Shown here: one piece after another, positions 39,101-51,892 of the stretch
Layout: each line of letters begins with the position of its first letter
Numbering within the stretch: the stretch's first letter is position 1
DNA from: Nitrospirales bacterium
GTDB taxonomy: Bacteria; Nitrospirota; Nitrospiria; Nitrospirales; UBA8639
Assembly: GCA_965203295.1 (NCBI GenBank)
Contig: CBDBCZ010000015.1
Coordinates: 736,001-800,000, forward strand
DNA: 64,000 nucleotides
Reading direction: 5' to 3'
The notes under the pieces: generated by a model
Seen by the model: the letters and a program-made list of their open reading frames with translations, nothing else
What the model was told of the DNA's origin: nothing
Database searches by the model: none
Translations under genes and position numbers: made by a program

Positions 39101-42100
39101 CGTTACCATAGACGCATATTCATGACAACACTTACTACAGGCACTTATAATCCACACTAACTCCAGGCACTTATAATCCACAGTAGCATGGGTAATAAGT
39201 GATTTATGACCCACGCTCTTAACCAATCGCATTGCAGGACTACAGTTAGCTGAATTCTAATTCTAGTTATAATGTACTATAATACCGGTATTGCATCTTC
39301 GTTGGTGTGTTGTACATATTATATTATATCATTATAGCACATGCTGGCATTGCCTATGAAACACTCACACAAAATGCCACAAGTACACATAATGTACCAC
39401 TTACAAAATGAATGCCACTGTTAGACTGCGATGTAATGGGTAGTGATTACTACCAGTATTTGTTGTTACTTGTAAACTATAGCTATATCCAATTTCTCTG
39501 TATATACCTTGGTCCTTGCACAGTCACTTAGGCCCAGCTGCTCGATCACCTTCTCTACTCTCTTCTTCCTCTGGTCCCAGGTTGTGTGGGAGGGCAACCG
39601 AAGGGCAGCAGAGAAGTGTAGGTTCTCACGCACTGTCAGTGTACCCATTACAATATCATCCTGATCCATATGTAAAACAGAAAGAAGACTCGTGCTATTA
39701 ACCTAGGACACTAACATACATATAAATATATTGTACCTGAACTAAACTTTGGCCAGCATATGCATGCACCAATGAGAAAACAGGAAAGAATGTTGTACTA
39801 GCAGCTGCCAAAAAAAACTGTATTTGATGCACATGTAGTGTCAAGCCAAATGTACAATCACAAAGATTTGCACCAGCGTGTGTGGATGTTAGCTCTACAC
39901 AGCCAACAATGGGAATGCAATGATCCTTGGTACAATGTAAGCACTAACTTTCAACTAATGGCAGTCCAGGCTAGAAGGCTACAGCTCCTTTCGTTCAAGC
40001 ATCACGAAATTCACTGTTTTCGCTGTTTTCGCGTGGTGTACATGTAAACTCTGCCCTGTATCTCCCATGCTGTAACACAAATACACTTGACTTCTGATGC
40101 ATTGCTGCAGTGGTACCCCATCTAAAGTCCATGTGCAGTTCATTCAGTTTATGCATAGATACGTAGTAGAGTGCACTCTACTATCTATGGTTTATGCATA
40201 ACGTTGGTGAGTTATTATATAAACGTCACCTCTGATGAGTATATGTAGGAATGATGACAGTTCTACGTAAATTAATGACATCGTGAAGGTGGGTAATAAA
40301 CACATTATTGCACTCATGAAAGTGAAATATGGCTGGATACTGCACTCGACTCGTAGGCAGCATTTTCACTCGCCTTTGGCTTGTGAAAGTACATCTGCCA
40401 ACTCGTGCAATCAGCCATATTTCACTTTCACTCATGCAATAAAATATACGTATAATAATCCTAAAGATAGCTGGTAATGTCTTATGGAAGCATGCACATG
40501 TTAATATAATAGCCGGGTATAGTGGATCCATATTTAATTTACCATACTTGGTCTTAGTACATTTTGAATGGATGTAGCCATGTTAAGTACATATCTAGAA
40601 GTTGTATATGCTATGTAGCTGTCATTTAGTGTTTATTTCTGTGTTAGTACTGTGTTAGAACTGTGTGCTGTTTTACTATATACCCTCTATCCTAATAGCA
40701 AGATACGTAAATGCTTTCTACAAACTCGTGATATTTTCCAGTACAAGGTACGTATATAATATCTATTTATTTACAGATATTGCTGGTTTGTGGAATGTTT
40801 TTGAATACTGCATGATGAAATGCTGTAGCAAAACAATGAATTCCCAGATTCCTAATAACCAAGATAGGTAAATATTGCTGTTAATGTCAATAGAACTGGG
40901 TGAATGTAAGACATTGTGATAAATGCCTATTAACTACCGGAAATGGGCAGTGCCTTTGATCGATAGTAGAGACCCTTCACTTTCAGTTCCATGTTTTCTC
41001 CCTGATGCAACTTTTGGTGATCTTTCTTTATTGGGAACCGAAGCCTTATTACCATGTTGCACCAACCTTTCACCATTGTAGCCACCAAGGGGTGCCGCTG
41101 AATGTAGAGCCGGGTCACCCTCTCTGTAATTGGACTGTGAATTTTGTCTTTTTTTCCGTGTACAAAACACTCTCCAATGCTAGGATTCGGATATTGTTGG
41201 GAATGTACAGACATTTAGCAACACAACAGTGCAAGTCTGATGTTTATATGTCAGTGTCCTTCCTGAGATAGAGCTGTTTTGCCTGATCTTACCGACTAAA
41301 AGCTTCAGTATTATAATTACCCCGTGGCGCATAGGTGGCAGCGAGGTTAAGCGATTGGTTTTGTTCGTCTGTCGTCCGGCGTCTGTCCAGTGAAAGATTT
41401 TGCAATGTCTACATTTGCCTCAGACTCTATATAGCCGTATGGACTGTTGGGTTGTTTAAACTTATCACAGTAACTGTGTTCTATCTATATAGGCTGTTAC
41501 CTGTCTCTGTATGTGTGTTGTATGGCAGTTCATCATTTTGTTGTATAATTAATTCAAACTAGATGTAATTCTGTATATAATCACATTCTCAGTCCTCACT
41601 CCTGTGTAGCATAATTTATTAGCTATCTACCCATCTCAGTCATACTACATAGCTACAATGATGGGAATCAACTGTGTGAAATGTAATACTGGCTCTCATG
41701 CTGTGGATTTCACTATACAGTGTAGTAGATGCACTGCCAGACATGCCTGATGGAATTAATTTAAGCGCTTGATTCCTATCTCATCAACTATAAATTACAT
41801 GAGTAATATTACTCAAAAGTGAGGAGTACATGAAATGTTGGCGTATCCAGTACCAGTATCTGGCATCTATCTGCACAGCATCTCAATGATACAAAACACA
41901 TACTGCAAGGTATGTGTTCTCTGAGCACTTCTAGTCTTCGAAGAAATTAAGACGAACAACTCTATTTCTCTCTGTCTCGAGAACTATGTGATGTATAAAC
42001 ATCGAGCTTGCACCGTTGTGCTGCTAGGTACATGTACATTCCAATAATATTCGAATCCTAGAGTTGGAGAGTGTTTTGGGGTCTCCACACAGAAAAAAAG

Positions 42101-45100
42101 AAGAAATTCACTGATTATAGAGAGCTCTACGTAGCACCCCTCAGTGCTCAAGCAGCTATGATGGCGAAAGGTTGGCATGCAGTAGCATCGTAGTGGGGCT
42201 TCCCAATAATGAAGATCTGAAAGTTGCTTCAGGGAGGAAACACAGAATGGTGTCTGACAATACGTACATTTGCCCGATCATAGCTGTGTCTGAATTTAAC
42301 TTTGAAAGGCTGTAGCTCCAAAACTAAACATTTGTCCGATCATAGTAGCTGTTTCCAAATTAGGCTATAGCTCCAGAACTAAGCAACGAAGGAACACCAA
42401 ACTTTTAACTCAAAGTGCGAAAGATCTGCAGCATTGATTGAAGCCCCACCCACTTCCGGTAATAATATGCTCGCCAGTAAGGTCTAAAAAATATCTGGTA
42501 TCCATTCATCGGTTACTTACTCTATGTGGACTGCATTAATGTACGCACAGGCAAAAATTTCAGTTGAACACACTAGTGCAGGCTCATGCTCGCCCAATGA
42601 GCAGCATTTGCAGTACGTTTGATTACTTTTCTGCTAATGCAGTTTTTGATACAAAATATCAATTACATATAGATATGCATGCATGCTCTCACCTGAACCA
42701 CATAACCTGAAACACACTTGAAATTCTTTGGTTGGCGATCGCCATTGATCAATATAGTTCCTGTCAGACCAGATTTGTCCTTGCGATCTGCCAGAATGTC
42801 AAGCAGACTAAAGGATGTATGTACATGTATGCGTGTGTACAATTATATGTTGATTATACAAACTCGTGTAGGAATAGACTCTACAGGAGATTGCCAATGG
42901 ACAAGGTTGACACACATGACATAAGAGTATATTTTGCCTTCCATGTGGGGTAACTACCCTTGCACATATGTGGTGAGGATAAGCAAATGGCTCTATCTGT
43001 CTGTCTGTCTGTTGTCTGTCCAATCAAAAATGGGGTTATGCCATGATTTACAGGGTTATTAATAAGCAATTGCTAAACCAGACAGTAACCTTGAAATCTA
43101 CCTGAGCGTACCTGAGCGACCAAAGCGGTTTCTATTCTCCACATTTCCAGCTCTTTCTTATTGAAGGCTCACCATTTTAAATACGTACGGTCAAGAATTT
43201 AAATACAACAGAGGGTGGGCCTGTAGGCAGTCTCAGAACACGTGCTCATACTGGAGTATAAGTAGAGAAGCATTCGTGTCAAGAATACAGCAATCAATAA
43301 CGCCCACAGCTTGAATACAGCGATAATATAATTATGAGGACCCGGTATACAAGTCTTTCACACTTTACAGAGCCAGCTGCTCCACCAAGACAGGCAAGTC
43401 TACAGTCCAGTCTCCAGAGTCCAGGGTCTCATTTGTAAAAATGTAGCACGGGGTATGTCTCTGCTAAAGACTTTAAGGATTAGCGTAAGTATGTGTAAGT
43501 TACAAGTAACAAACACTGTTTCACACTCAGGATAACCTGTAGTGCTCTCTAAGTTTACTTTTCAGCGTGCTGAACTTCCCTGTGGCTTATGTAAGCTACA
43601 GTTAGGTAGTGCTAGTCCAATAGGTGGCTCAATTCTGAAGTTCCAACCTCAATCAGTAACTTCTTTGTTTCTGAATTTTTTCTTTTTGATATATGTGCGT
43701 ATGTTAGTACAGAGACACAAATCACTACTCATGTTGTTACTTACGCATATGTACGTGCAGCAGACAAAATTTAATGTGTCTAACAGTATACGTGGCATGT
43801 GTACAAAGTACTAATATACTCATGTTGCTGTCTTAGCACTTATGCCATTGGCCATGCACCCACATTTGCAAGCGGAGCTTGTAAGATCTTTAGTCAAGGA
43901 CAAGAGCAAGAGTAACCAGATGTTTCACCATCCTGATCATTCTTCCTAATATCCCAGATTAGTAATACAAAACTCTTAACTAGTTTTAAATAGAACTGTA
44001 AAAACATGTCTGTCCCATTTCTCACACCCTAAAATAAAGCCTTTATGTTTTACTAAAATTATTGAGTGTACTAAACTCTTCAAAACATCCCGCAACGTAT
44101 CGTCTAATTCTCCCATGAAAGTACATTTTATGTTGTCATACACAGGACACTCCCAGAACACATGTATGTACTACACTCTCACACTCATCCCCATATATAA
44201 CTTACGCTGCCTATCATCATTTCTATTTCTATGTCTTTCTAACTTTTCATTCAGACCAACCTTTAATTAAACATCAAGCATGTTACTAGCTCCCCAACCC
44301 CCTGCAAACAATTCTATTTCCTTACAGAAGATCAACTTATTGTACAGACTCAGTTTAACAAGCCATCATTGAAGTTTTTATGTATATATTCTCTTTTCCT
44401 ATCTAGATTTAACTGCAGCAACAATTCACCAATGACTTAATTTCCTCCAGGTCTTCCTCTGCCTACCTCTACACAGTTTCACTTCCCACTCTCAGTCCAG
44501 TGTCTAGTAGTACCTATAACTATATCAAATGGTTTGGATATAGCATGGGTAAAAAATGGGTATACCGTATAATTTTTAATTATTCGTCCAAATTATCCTT
44601 TTGGGCTGACTAATTCATTGACAGTCAACATGGCACTTCTATTCCACATCCACGAGCTCTCAATGCTTTCTTCCACTTCCGCTACCTCGCTGACTTCAGC
44701 AGTGTCATACTTCAGCATTGACAGCACAAATGGCACACACACAGCCACCAATGATATATAGCCACAACAGGCAATAAGCTTACGCACACATGTTAGTCAT
44801 ATGACAGGTAGGAGCACTCCTGCTACTACTACTACTCAGCTGATAGTGCACAGCTGATAGTGCACAGCAATAATAACTTTCACAAGAAACAGCACATGCA
44901 CAGGTACCCTCTTTGTCCTTGACAGGCCTTTCTATATCAGCTGTCACACTCCAGGGCAGTCCTGCTGACATAATTAGAAGTAATACTACCTGAAACTGAG
45001 CATGCAGCTGGCCCATACAAAAAAAATAATCATTCAGAATGGGCCTATCAATTTGTTGGAGGAAATAAATTCCCCGGAAAACTAGGGTGCGGCAAATAAT

Positions 45101-47341
45101 TAGAGGGGTAAATATAATTAGAAGTCATATGCTACTAAACTTTGCTCACTTCCTAGCATTCATAGTACATGTTGCATATGTGGATAAATAAAGCCGCCAC
45201 ATCCTGGCACTTCCAACTGTTAAACTACAGCATAGATGAATGAAAGTTCTATTATCTATGACCACAGCACTTCAAACGCCCATAAGTAAACATAGTTCGG
45301 GTGCTCTAACATACAGAAGGGCATCTGGTATCCACTGCTCACATAGGTACGAGAATATACAGGAAAATGTCAGTAAGTTATCCATGAATGTTATAAGCTA
45401 CTTGGCAAAGAGTAGTACGGAGGCAGCTATGTAGTATACGTGCATAGTAAGCAGACTAAAAAGGCTTTGTAAGCAGTCTACATGTAAAGAACATGTAATC
45501 CTCTATCTGCTAGGCTATCTCATCTCAGAAGCTTTTCTCCAGGTAATAGCTGTGGGCTGCTTTCTGTGGCTGACTTTTAATCAAATATCTTACCAACTAG
45601 GCTGCTCACTGGGATCGAAGATTCGAATTACCGATCACTTCCTATGACAGAACGTAACACAAACTAGTACACAGTAGTAATTTAAAAGTGGGCTAGATCT
45701 ATTATGATCGATACATACAACTATAGTGTAATTTGCAACATATCAATAGTAACTACAATGTGTCAATAGTATGCCTGTAATAAAGGACTCACGTCGTCTT
45801 TCCACTGCCAGTGGGACCCATAATAGCATTTACTCCAGGAAGCAGCAGTCCACTGGAACATAGAGAATTGTGTAATCACATTCACCATAGTCTGCCAGGC
45901 ATAAAATAGCCAACATACCCTTACGTAATCAGCAGAAGCAATAATGAGGTGGACAATTGGCAGGTATTATTATGATCACTTTCCACATTTATTTTGTTTG
46001 TTCACATCTGCACTTATCATACATCATTGCACTACTGGACAACACATACATGTACGTATATATATATAATACATAGGAGGAGGAAGCTATTTGGGACTGG
46101 GGATGCAAAGCACAGTAAAATGTGGGCTGGTAACTGCAAGCTACCCACACTAACTAATTTAGTGCGCAGTGCCTATAGGTTTCTGTGCATTTATAGCTTT
46201 GGACAAAGCTACTTGGCTCTGCAGTGTCATCTGTGAGTGTAGCATCACAAAGACGAGTCATATTCATTAACGAAAAGGCTTGCATGCTACTGTTTGCTGA
46301 TTATGGGGAGTATGCCGTGGCAACTGCTTCCCCTGCCTCTACTTCTGCCACCTATGCCACAGCTAATGAGAGAAATTATAGGACATTGGGCCTTTACTGT
46401 CACTTTTGATGGTGTCATCCCAGTCTTAGAAGATCGAACTGGAGTCGTAGTATTTAGCCCATAGATAATAGAGTTCTAGATAGAAAAGTTATACTGCCTA
46501 GCCGGACTAACATCTGAGGAATTACTATCATTTTATATTAACTGCACTTTTGTTGAAAATGCTGTACTTTTGTTGAAACTGATTCTCTCATTGTTAGGAT
46601 GTTAATGTCATATTTCATATGGCACTTTACACAGTTAATATGTTAGCTAACTAACTTTTAATCTCTTACGTAGCCCAACTCATTTTCATGTACAGTGAGG
46701 AATGTACATATTTACCATTGACTGTTTAATTCTGGCATTTCTGTCTGGGGGGGTCTCCAGCTTTGAGATGGTTGGTGTGATTAACATCCTAATATTGTAT
46801 TCCATAAAGTGTTTAGACAACCATTTTTCTGCTAGATAATATAACTCCTTACAGACTCATAAGAATGCATGGATGAAGTCAACATTAACACTTCCGTAAG
46901 GGCATGGTACTTACACAACTGTTTCACTGTTCACCCGTTTTTCTGCTCACTACATGATCTTTATGCTTGGGAGTGCAGTTCGCTCAGTTGCTAACCGTAC
47001 GTCATAACATTTTATTTGTATAAATGCTGTTTTAATATTAGCTTAAATTTCTTCTATTAAAATAATTGTTGCATTGGGCGTCAGAATAGACAGTAAAATT
47101 ATTATTAACAGCAGCTCAAGCTTAAATACCTTGCTGAATGCAGGATGACCTTCTGACTCTTTTCCCTACAACCTCCCACTTCGTAGCTGACGTCGTGGAA
47201 AGCGATGCCATGCAGTTGCCCATGCGGAACACTTCCTATTTTCTCTTCCGTGTGGATATCCACGGCGATGCTCTGTACAGTGCTGCCATACGTAAACTCA
47301 GCAGACGCATCATCTGCAAGTAAAGCCTGAGACGCAGACAT
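30195..47341 (-). CDS. ABCG2: ABCG2/white-like half ABC transporter, paralog A (16 exons; 4-nt frameshift in exon 14)
   Basis: Exons 47130-47341, 45793-45852 (Walker A GPTGSGKT), 42693-42807 (GYVVQ), 39508-39660, 38056-38213 ([19 protein letters not shown]), 37547-37701 (SIHQP), 36596-36685 (NPADF), 35626-35804, 34260-34325, 34051-34154, 33573-33662, 32877-33001, 31856-32010, 31017-31110 (94 nt, frameshifted), 30831-30928, 30195-30361. Exact orthology to ABCG2 is not established. Confidence 0.92.
33043..33171. mobile_element. Long hairpin element (same family as 19028)
   Basis: agttaaaccac...gtggtttaac arms with loop cacgaggtaaaacctgaggg. Confidence 0.7.
36885..37296. mobile_element. MITE with ~85-bp TIRs in an ABCG intron
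   Basis: tgtggtaggcacaatcatgcctataattgcactctaac...gagtacattcctcacaggtcctgca is mirrored at ~37217-37291. Confidence 0.85.
38932..39081. mobile_element. Long nested hairpin element
   Basis: gggatctatgggatttagaagcc / ggcttctaaatcccatagatccc arms with an inner stem gtagcgtcc/ggacgctac around gagtgaagcga. Confidence 0.8.
40305..40442. mobile_element. Long hairpin element
   Basis: ttattgca..tgaaagtgaaatatggctg / cagccatatttcactttca..tgcaataa arms with loop cactcgcctttggcttgtg. Confidence 0.8.
43840..44500 (-). mobile_element. 3' fragment of a LINE (decayed C-terminal zinc knuckle)
   Basis: Minus strand gives [19 protein letters not shown], a decayed CCHC motif typical of LINE ORF2 C-termini; many stops. 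Confidence 0.7.
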
Positions 47342-49051
47342 TGCAGCTCAGCTGGAAGTTCTCGTCTCGCGGGCCAGACACCCTCACGAAAAGCATGCAG
47401 GATAGATTTTTGACCTTTTGTTCTCGCAACCGTAATATCTACCACCATAGATAATAGAGCATAACCATCTTAGATAATGGAGCATAACCTATGGTTGCGC
47501 TCTATTGTCACCACCACGGCGCATAATTTTCTGGACTGCTAGCTAGCTAAGCGGAGTAACGCGACACCGCGAAAAATTATGACCTAACCTTAGGTTAGTC
47601 TCGTGCCCAGCCCGGGCCGGGCACGAGAATAACCTTAGGCGCGCTAGGCCTACCCTAAACTTCGCGTAAGTAAGCTTATAATTTTCGCGCTGTCGCAGTC
47701 AGTGTGTTTTAATTGATTTTCAATTATGCTGAAGCAAAAGCTAGTCTATTGGAATGAACAAAAGAATTTTTGGCGTGCAAGTGGAAAAGAATTTCTTCTT
47801 TTGTACTAATAATCAGTGAAACTACTGTGTGGGCTAATCGAGATTGCTCTTTTGTTGCAATTATGGCTCAAAATACGATGACAATAATTTTATAGGAGAG
47901 CTTACAGCATGATTTAAACTTTTCAATAGTTATAAGGGATATTAAACTTGTAACCTGCTGTAGTTGCAGAGTTGTAAGGGGAGATTTTGCCTAATAGTGC
48001 TGATACTTGACCTTTAACTACCTTACAAGCCTCTGTAACTATGGGCAAGATTGATACTTTGATTATCAAAGGTCAGCCTTGCAAATGGCTGACCAATGGG
48101 GAAACATTAACTCATAAATAGAGAGAAGAAATTCACCTAATGACCATATAGGATATCTTAAATTGCAAGCTTGTACATATATATGGGTACAAGGTATGGG
48201 ATGAGAAAGATAGCCAGGCTACAATGGCTAGTTTTCTTTTTATTTAGTATGATGATGTAGCTACGTACATGTAAGCTACAATGTGCACGTACCTTCTGTC
48301 ATTTGCTAGTGACCTGGAGTAAATAGATGCGGGAAGACCATGTACGTAACACACAGTTGATTAATGTAAACTTTTGCAGCTAATGTGATGCTAGTGTAAC
48401 ACCAACTAGTGTATCTACCTACAGAGTATTTCTTGTTCATGAGCTATAAATAGTCATTTACATGTACTAAGTAGCTTGTTGTTTGCGTGTGCATACAGGC
48501 CAGGTGACATTCGGCCAATCAGTTTTCTTTTTTAATTTAGTCAGGTGACATTTTAAATGCACAGTTTGCATACTTTAGTGTGCATTTATGTGTAGTATAA
48601 CCATGGATAATATAGTACTTATTATCCATGGCATATAGCTTATCTGGTACTACATATAACCTGTGTTTCATACGTATGTACTGTTATTATTATGCAACCA
48701 GTGATTGTTATGTAATTTACAGAAACCACTAGCGAGGCAAGAGGATAATACAGCAGCATACAAAGTTTAGGGCAAGCACTCTGTGCATCTTCAGTATGCC
48801 TTGAACTACCACTGCTCATTCCTTCTGTTGACAGCTACACATGTAACAGGTCTGTAAATCATAAAGCCAACAAGAAGCACAACCACAGCTATTATATATA
48901 TGCACAATGATAACTACAGATATGGCTGTTTCAAATGTGCAAGGTTAGTTTTGATTCAGCAAAAACAGGTTCAAGGTCACGCTACCTGCAGTTACTGTAG
49001 GGCTCTAGGCAGTGCACATGTGCATGTATAGTGGTTAAATGCCGACTTTAG

Positions 49052-49114
49052 TAGCCTTGTACCCAGACCTATACCGCAAAAAATCTCATTCCATTTGGTC
49101 TGGGTACAAGGCTA
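49052..49114. mobile_element. Short TAGYCTYG...CRAGRCTA hairpin MITE family
   Basis: tagccttgtacccagacc...ggtctgggtacaaggcta. Similar copies at ~7064-7124, 21285-21335, 28068-28162, 36090-36194 and 47596-47631. Confidence 0.75.
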
Positions 49115-51131
49115 GAATTTAGCTTGAAGATCCTAAAAAAGACTGGGTGTAGTTCTACATGTACACTACACGATCATTGTTGGGTTTCCAAATTCCAAAA
49201 TTGTTTAATAAATCAGAATTTGCAGTTTCGCCTTTGGCGACACGGCCTTCTTCGTGTAAGTGGTGTAAATTAAGTCTGCAAGTGACGAAAAGCTGGATGA
49301 GAGCCTGGGACCGAGGCTACAAAGATGGCCCATGGCCCAGAGGAGGTCGGAAGCGTATGCGGATGTAAACGGAATTCCGTCTACGTACGCTTATGCGATG
49401 ATGTCATGGCTCCACGAAGAGCCAATCATCCTGGGAAGTGAAAAGGATCATACATGTACAAACATTTAAACTATTATAGCAGCTTTTTCATAGTCAATAC
49501 CAGCTAGAATACTAGATTCACCAATTCACTGAGGTCAAGGTTAGAAATCATAAGTTAAATTTAAGTCTTGTTCTGCTGTAGTCTCATTTAATAACTGTAC
49601 TACCGGTATGCAATTGTGCAGATTACAAACCTGCACGGCATAGCCTGCAAGGACACGAAAGTTTCTTCTCCAGTGATGAGTACAGCACCGCTCAAACCAG
49701 CCTTTTGATCTGCAAGGATGTCCAGCAACCTACAATATGTACGTATTCACTTACAGTTATATATCTCTCTGTACGTGTATGTCATGCATGTCACTTTGCA
49801 CAATTTTGTTTTGCAGTATGATGCGCTGTTGACTTTCATTTGCTAAGGTACACTACACACCACACACCGTCTGACTTAATTGCACAGTTACTGCTTCCTT
49901 TGCTTCCAAGCCATTTTAGAGGGCAAGCAAAGGACAGCAGAGTAATGCAGGTTCTCACACATGCACACTGTCAGTGTACCCATAGATAATATAGCTCCGT
50001 AATGAAGCTATACTATCTATGGTGTACCCATCACAATGGCGATGCTATTCTGCTTTCAAAATAATCCATGGCTGTATGCCATTCGACTTGGAATGACACA
50101 CTAGTAGCTAATAGTGATCATAGCCTGAAAATGTAAGAATAAGTATAAAAATAGAATCCACTCGTGATCACAGGCCCAATACTTTCACATCAACTCACCT
50201 CTGGACGAACTTCACGTGTTACTCTGGTTGTAGAGTGTTGGTAGGTCAGCTGATCGCCTTTAGCTATCTTAGCAAGGGATCTCAAATAAAAATTATTCCT
50301 CGTACCTGTGATGACATTTACATAAAAAAAACATTAATATTCTGCAGCAAAACAGCAGCAGGATGAAACTTACTATTATGGAATGTGTCAAAGGCCAAGT
50401 AGGCTGCTCCTTTAAAGTTGTGGCAAGCCTCACATTCGTGCCCATATACATTCTGGCTTGGATGTGCTGCAATACGAAATGTAGATAATTTCCTGTGTGT
50501 ATATACATATTTGGTACTGTAACAACAATACACCTCTGCTCCTTTGAGTGCACTGTGAACGGGAGATCTCAGCTGATCAGGTTACATGTATCTACCATGT
50601 TTTTAGCATGCCCAATTGACTATAGGAGGTCATGTACAATTTCCTGTCCCTAGCCCTTGATATAGCTAACAACGTCAGCTTTGCCAGAGTCAGTAACGAG
50701 AAACAATTCTGGAGATGATTCAAAAGGCTGGAAGAAAGCAACGAAGGCGTGTCGCAACAGACTGAGCTGACACAGCGGGCACGTATGGGAATCTGCCGTA
50801 GACTGCTCTGAAGAAATCTACTGGTGTCATAAGCTCAGAGAATCTATTAAAAAGCTCGGCCTAGCCTACATATGCATTTCATGGATGAATATGCAAAAAG
50901 TAATACCTGACATAATGTAAACATCAAAATTCTAGTACACTAGCCTGGTACCCCGGTAACATTAAGTCTGATGTACACACTTTGTGCACTGTTGTATACA
51001 AAGCACTGCTCTTATGCTACTTGTACATGTTTACATTCCCCCACTAACCAGGGTATAAATGTGAACACACGTAAGGGTAGCCTGCAAGAGCCTGGAAACA
51101 AGGCTAATTTAAGGGTATATAGCTAGTGTGC

Positions 51132-51570
51132 AGTCAAACACTGCATTCTTGATCTGACAGTCAAACTTATATACATGTAGCAGATAACTGATCATGTGCA
51201 CTATTGAGTATCCATGACATTGGACAGACTGAAGTTCCCACCTCGCAATAGCAGTGCAAGCTGTGGCACCAGAGGTCTCATACTCTCAGCACACTTTCTA
51301 TTTTTACTAGTTCTTAAGGGTAGCTAGTGTGCTGTAAATTCTTCATCAACTGAACCATACTGCAGCTTGTCAATGGCAAGGTAAAGTCAAACACTGCATT
51401 CTTGATCTGACAGTCAAACTTATATACATGTAGCAGATAACTGATCATGTGCACTATGAGTATCCATGACATTGGACAAACCGGAGTTCCCCACTCGCAA
51501 TAGCAGTGCAAGCTGTGGCACCAGAGGTCTCATACTCTCAGCACACTTTCTATCTCTACTTGTTCTTAAA
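51132..51570. repeat. Direct duplication of ~185 bp (period ~253 bp)
   Basis: agtcaaacactgcattcttgatctgacag...ctctcagcacactttcta at 51132 and 51385. Confidence 0.92.
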
Positions 51571-51892
51571 CTACATGAAAACTGGAGTTACATACTTGTT
51601 ACCTTTGTGCTTACAGCCTAGGCCTATATCGTTTCCTCTCTTGCAGTGGTGCAGAAGAGGATACAGCGTACCAGAACACCGGCCATGGTACAACCAGATA
51701 GCACTGACTTACACATCTGCTTAGACTTGTGACTAAATGACGTGTGTCTACTGGGACAACATGCAAGCGTCACAGACACAGATTTTAAACGCGCATCTAT
51801 AATATCTTGCTTACACGTACGCGTCAGCAAACGCGACGGTGGGTGGGGCTGAGGCGGAACTTGATTCTATAATTAGAGGGTAAGAAACAAAA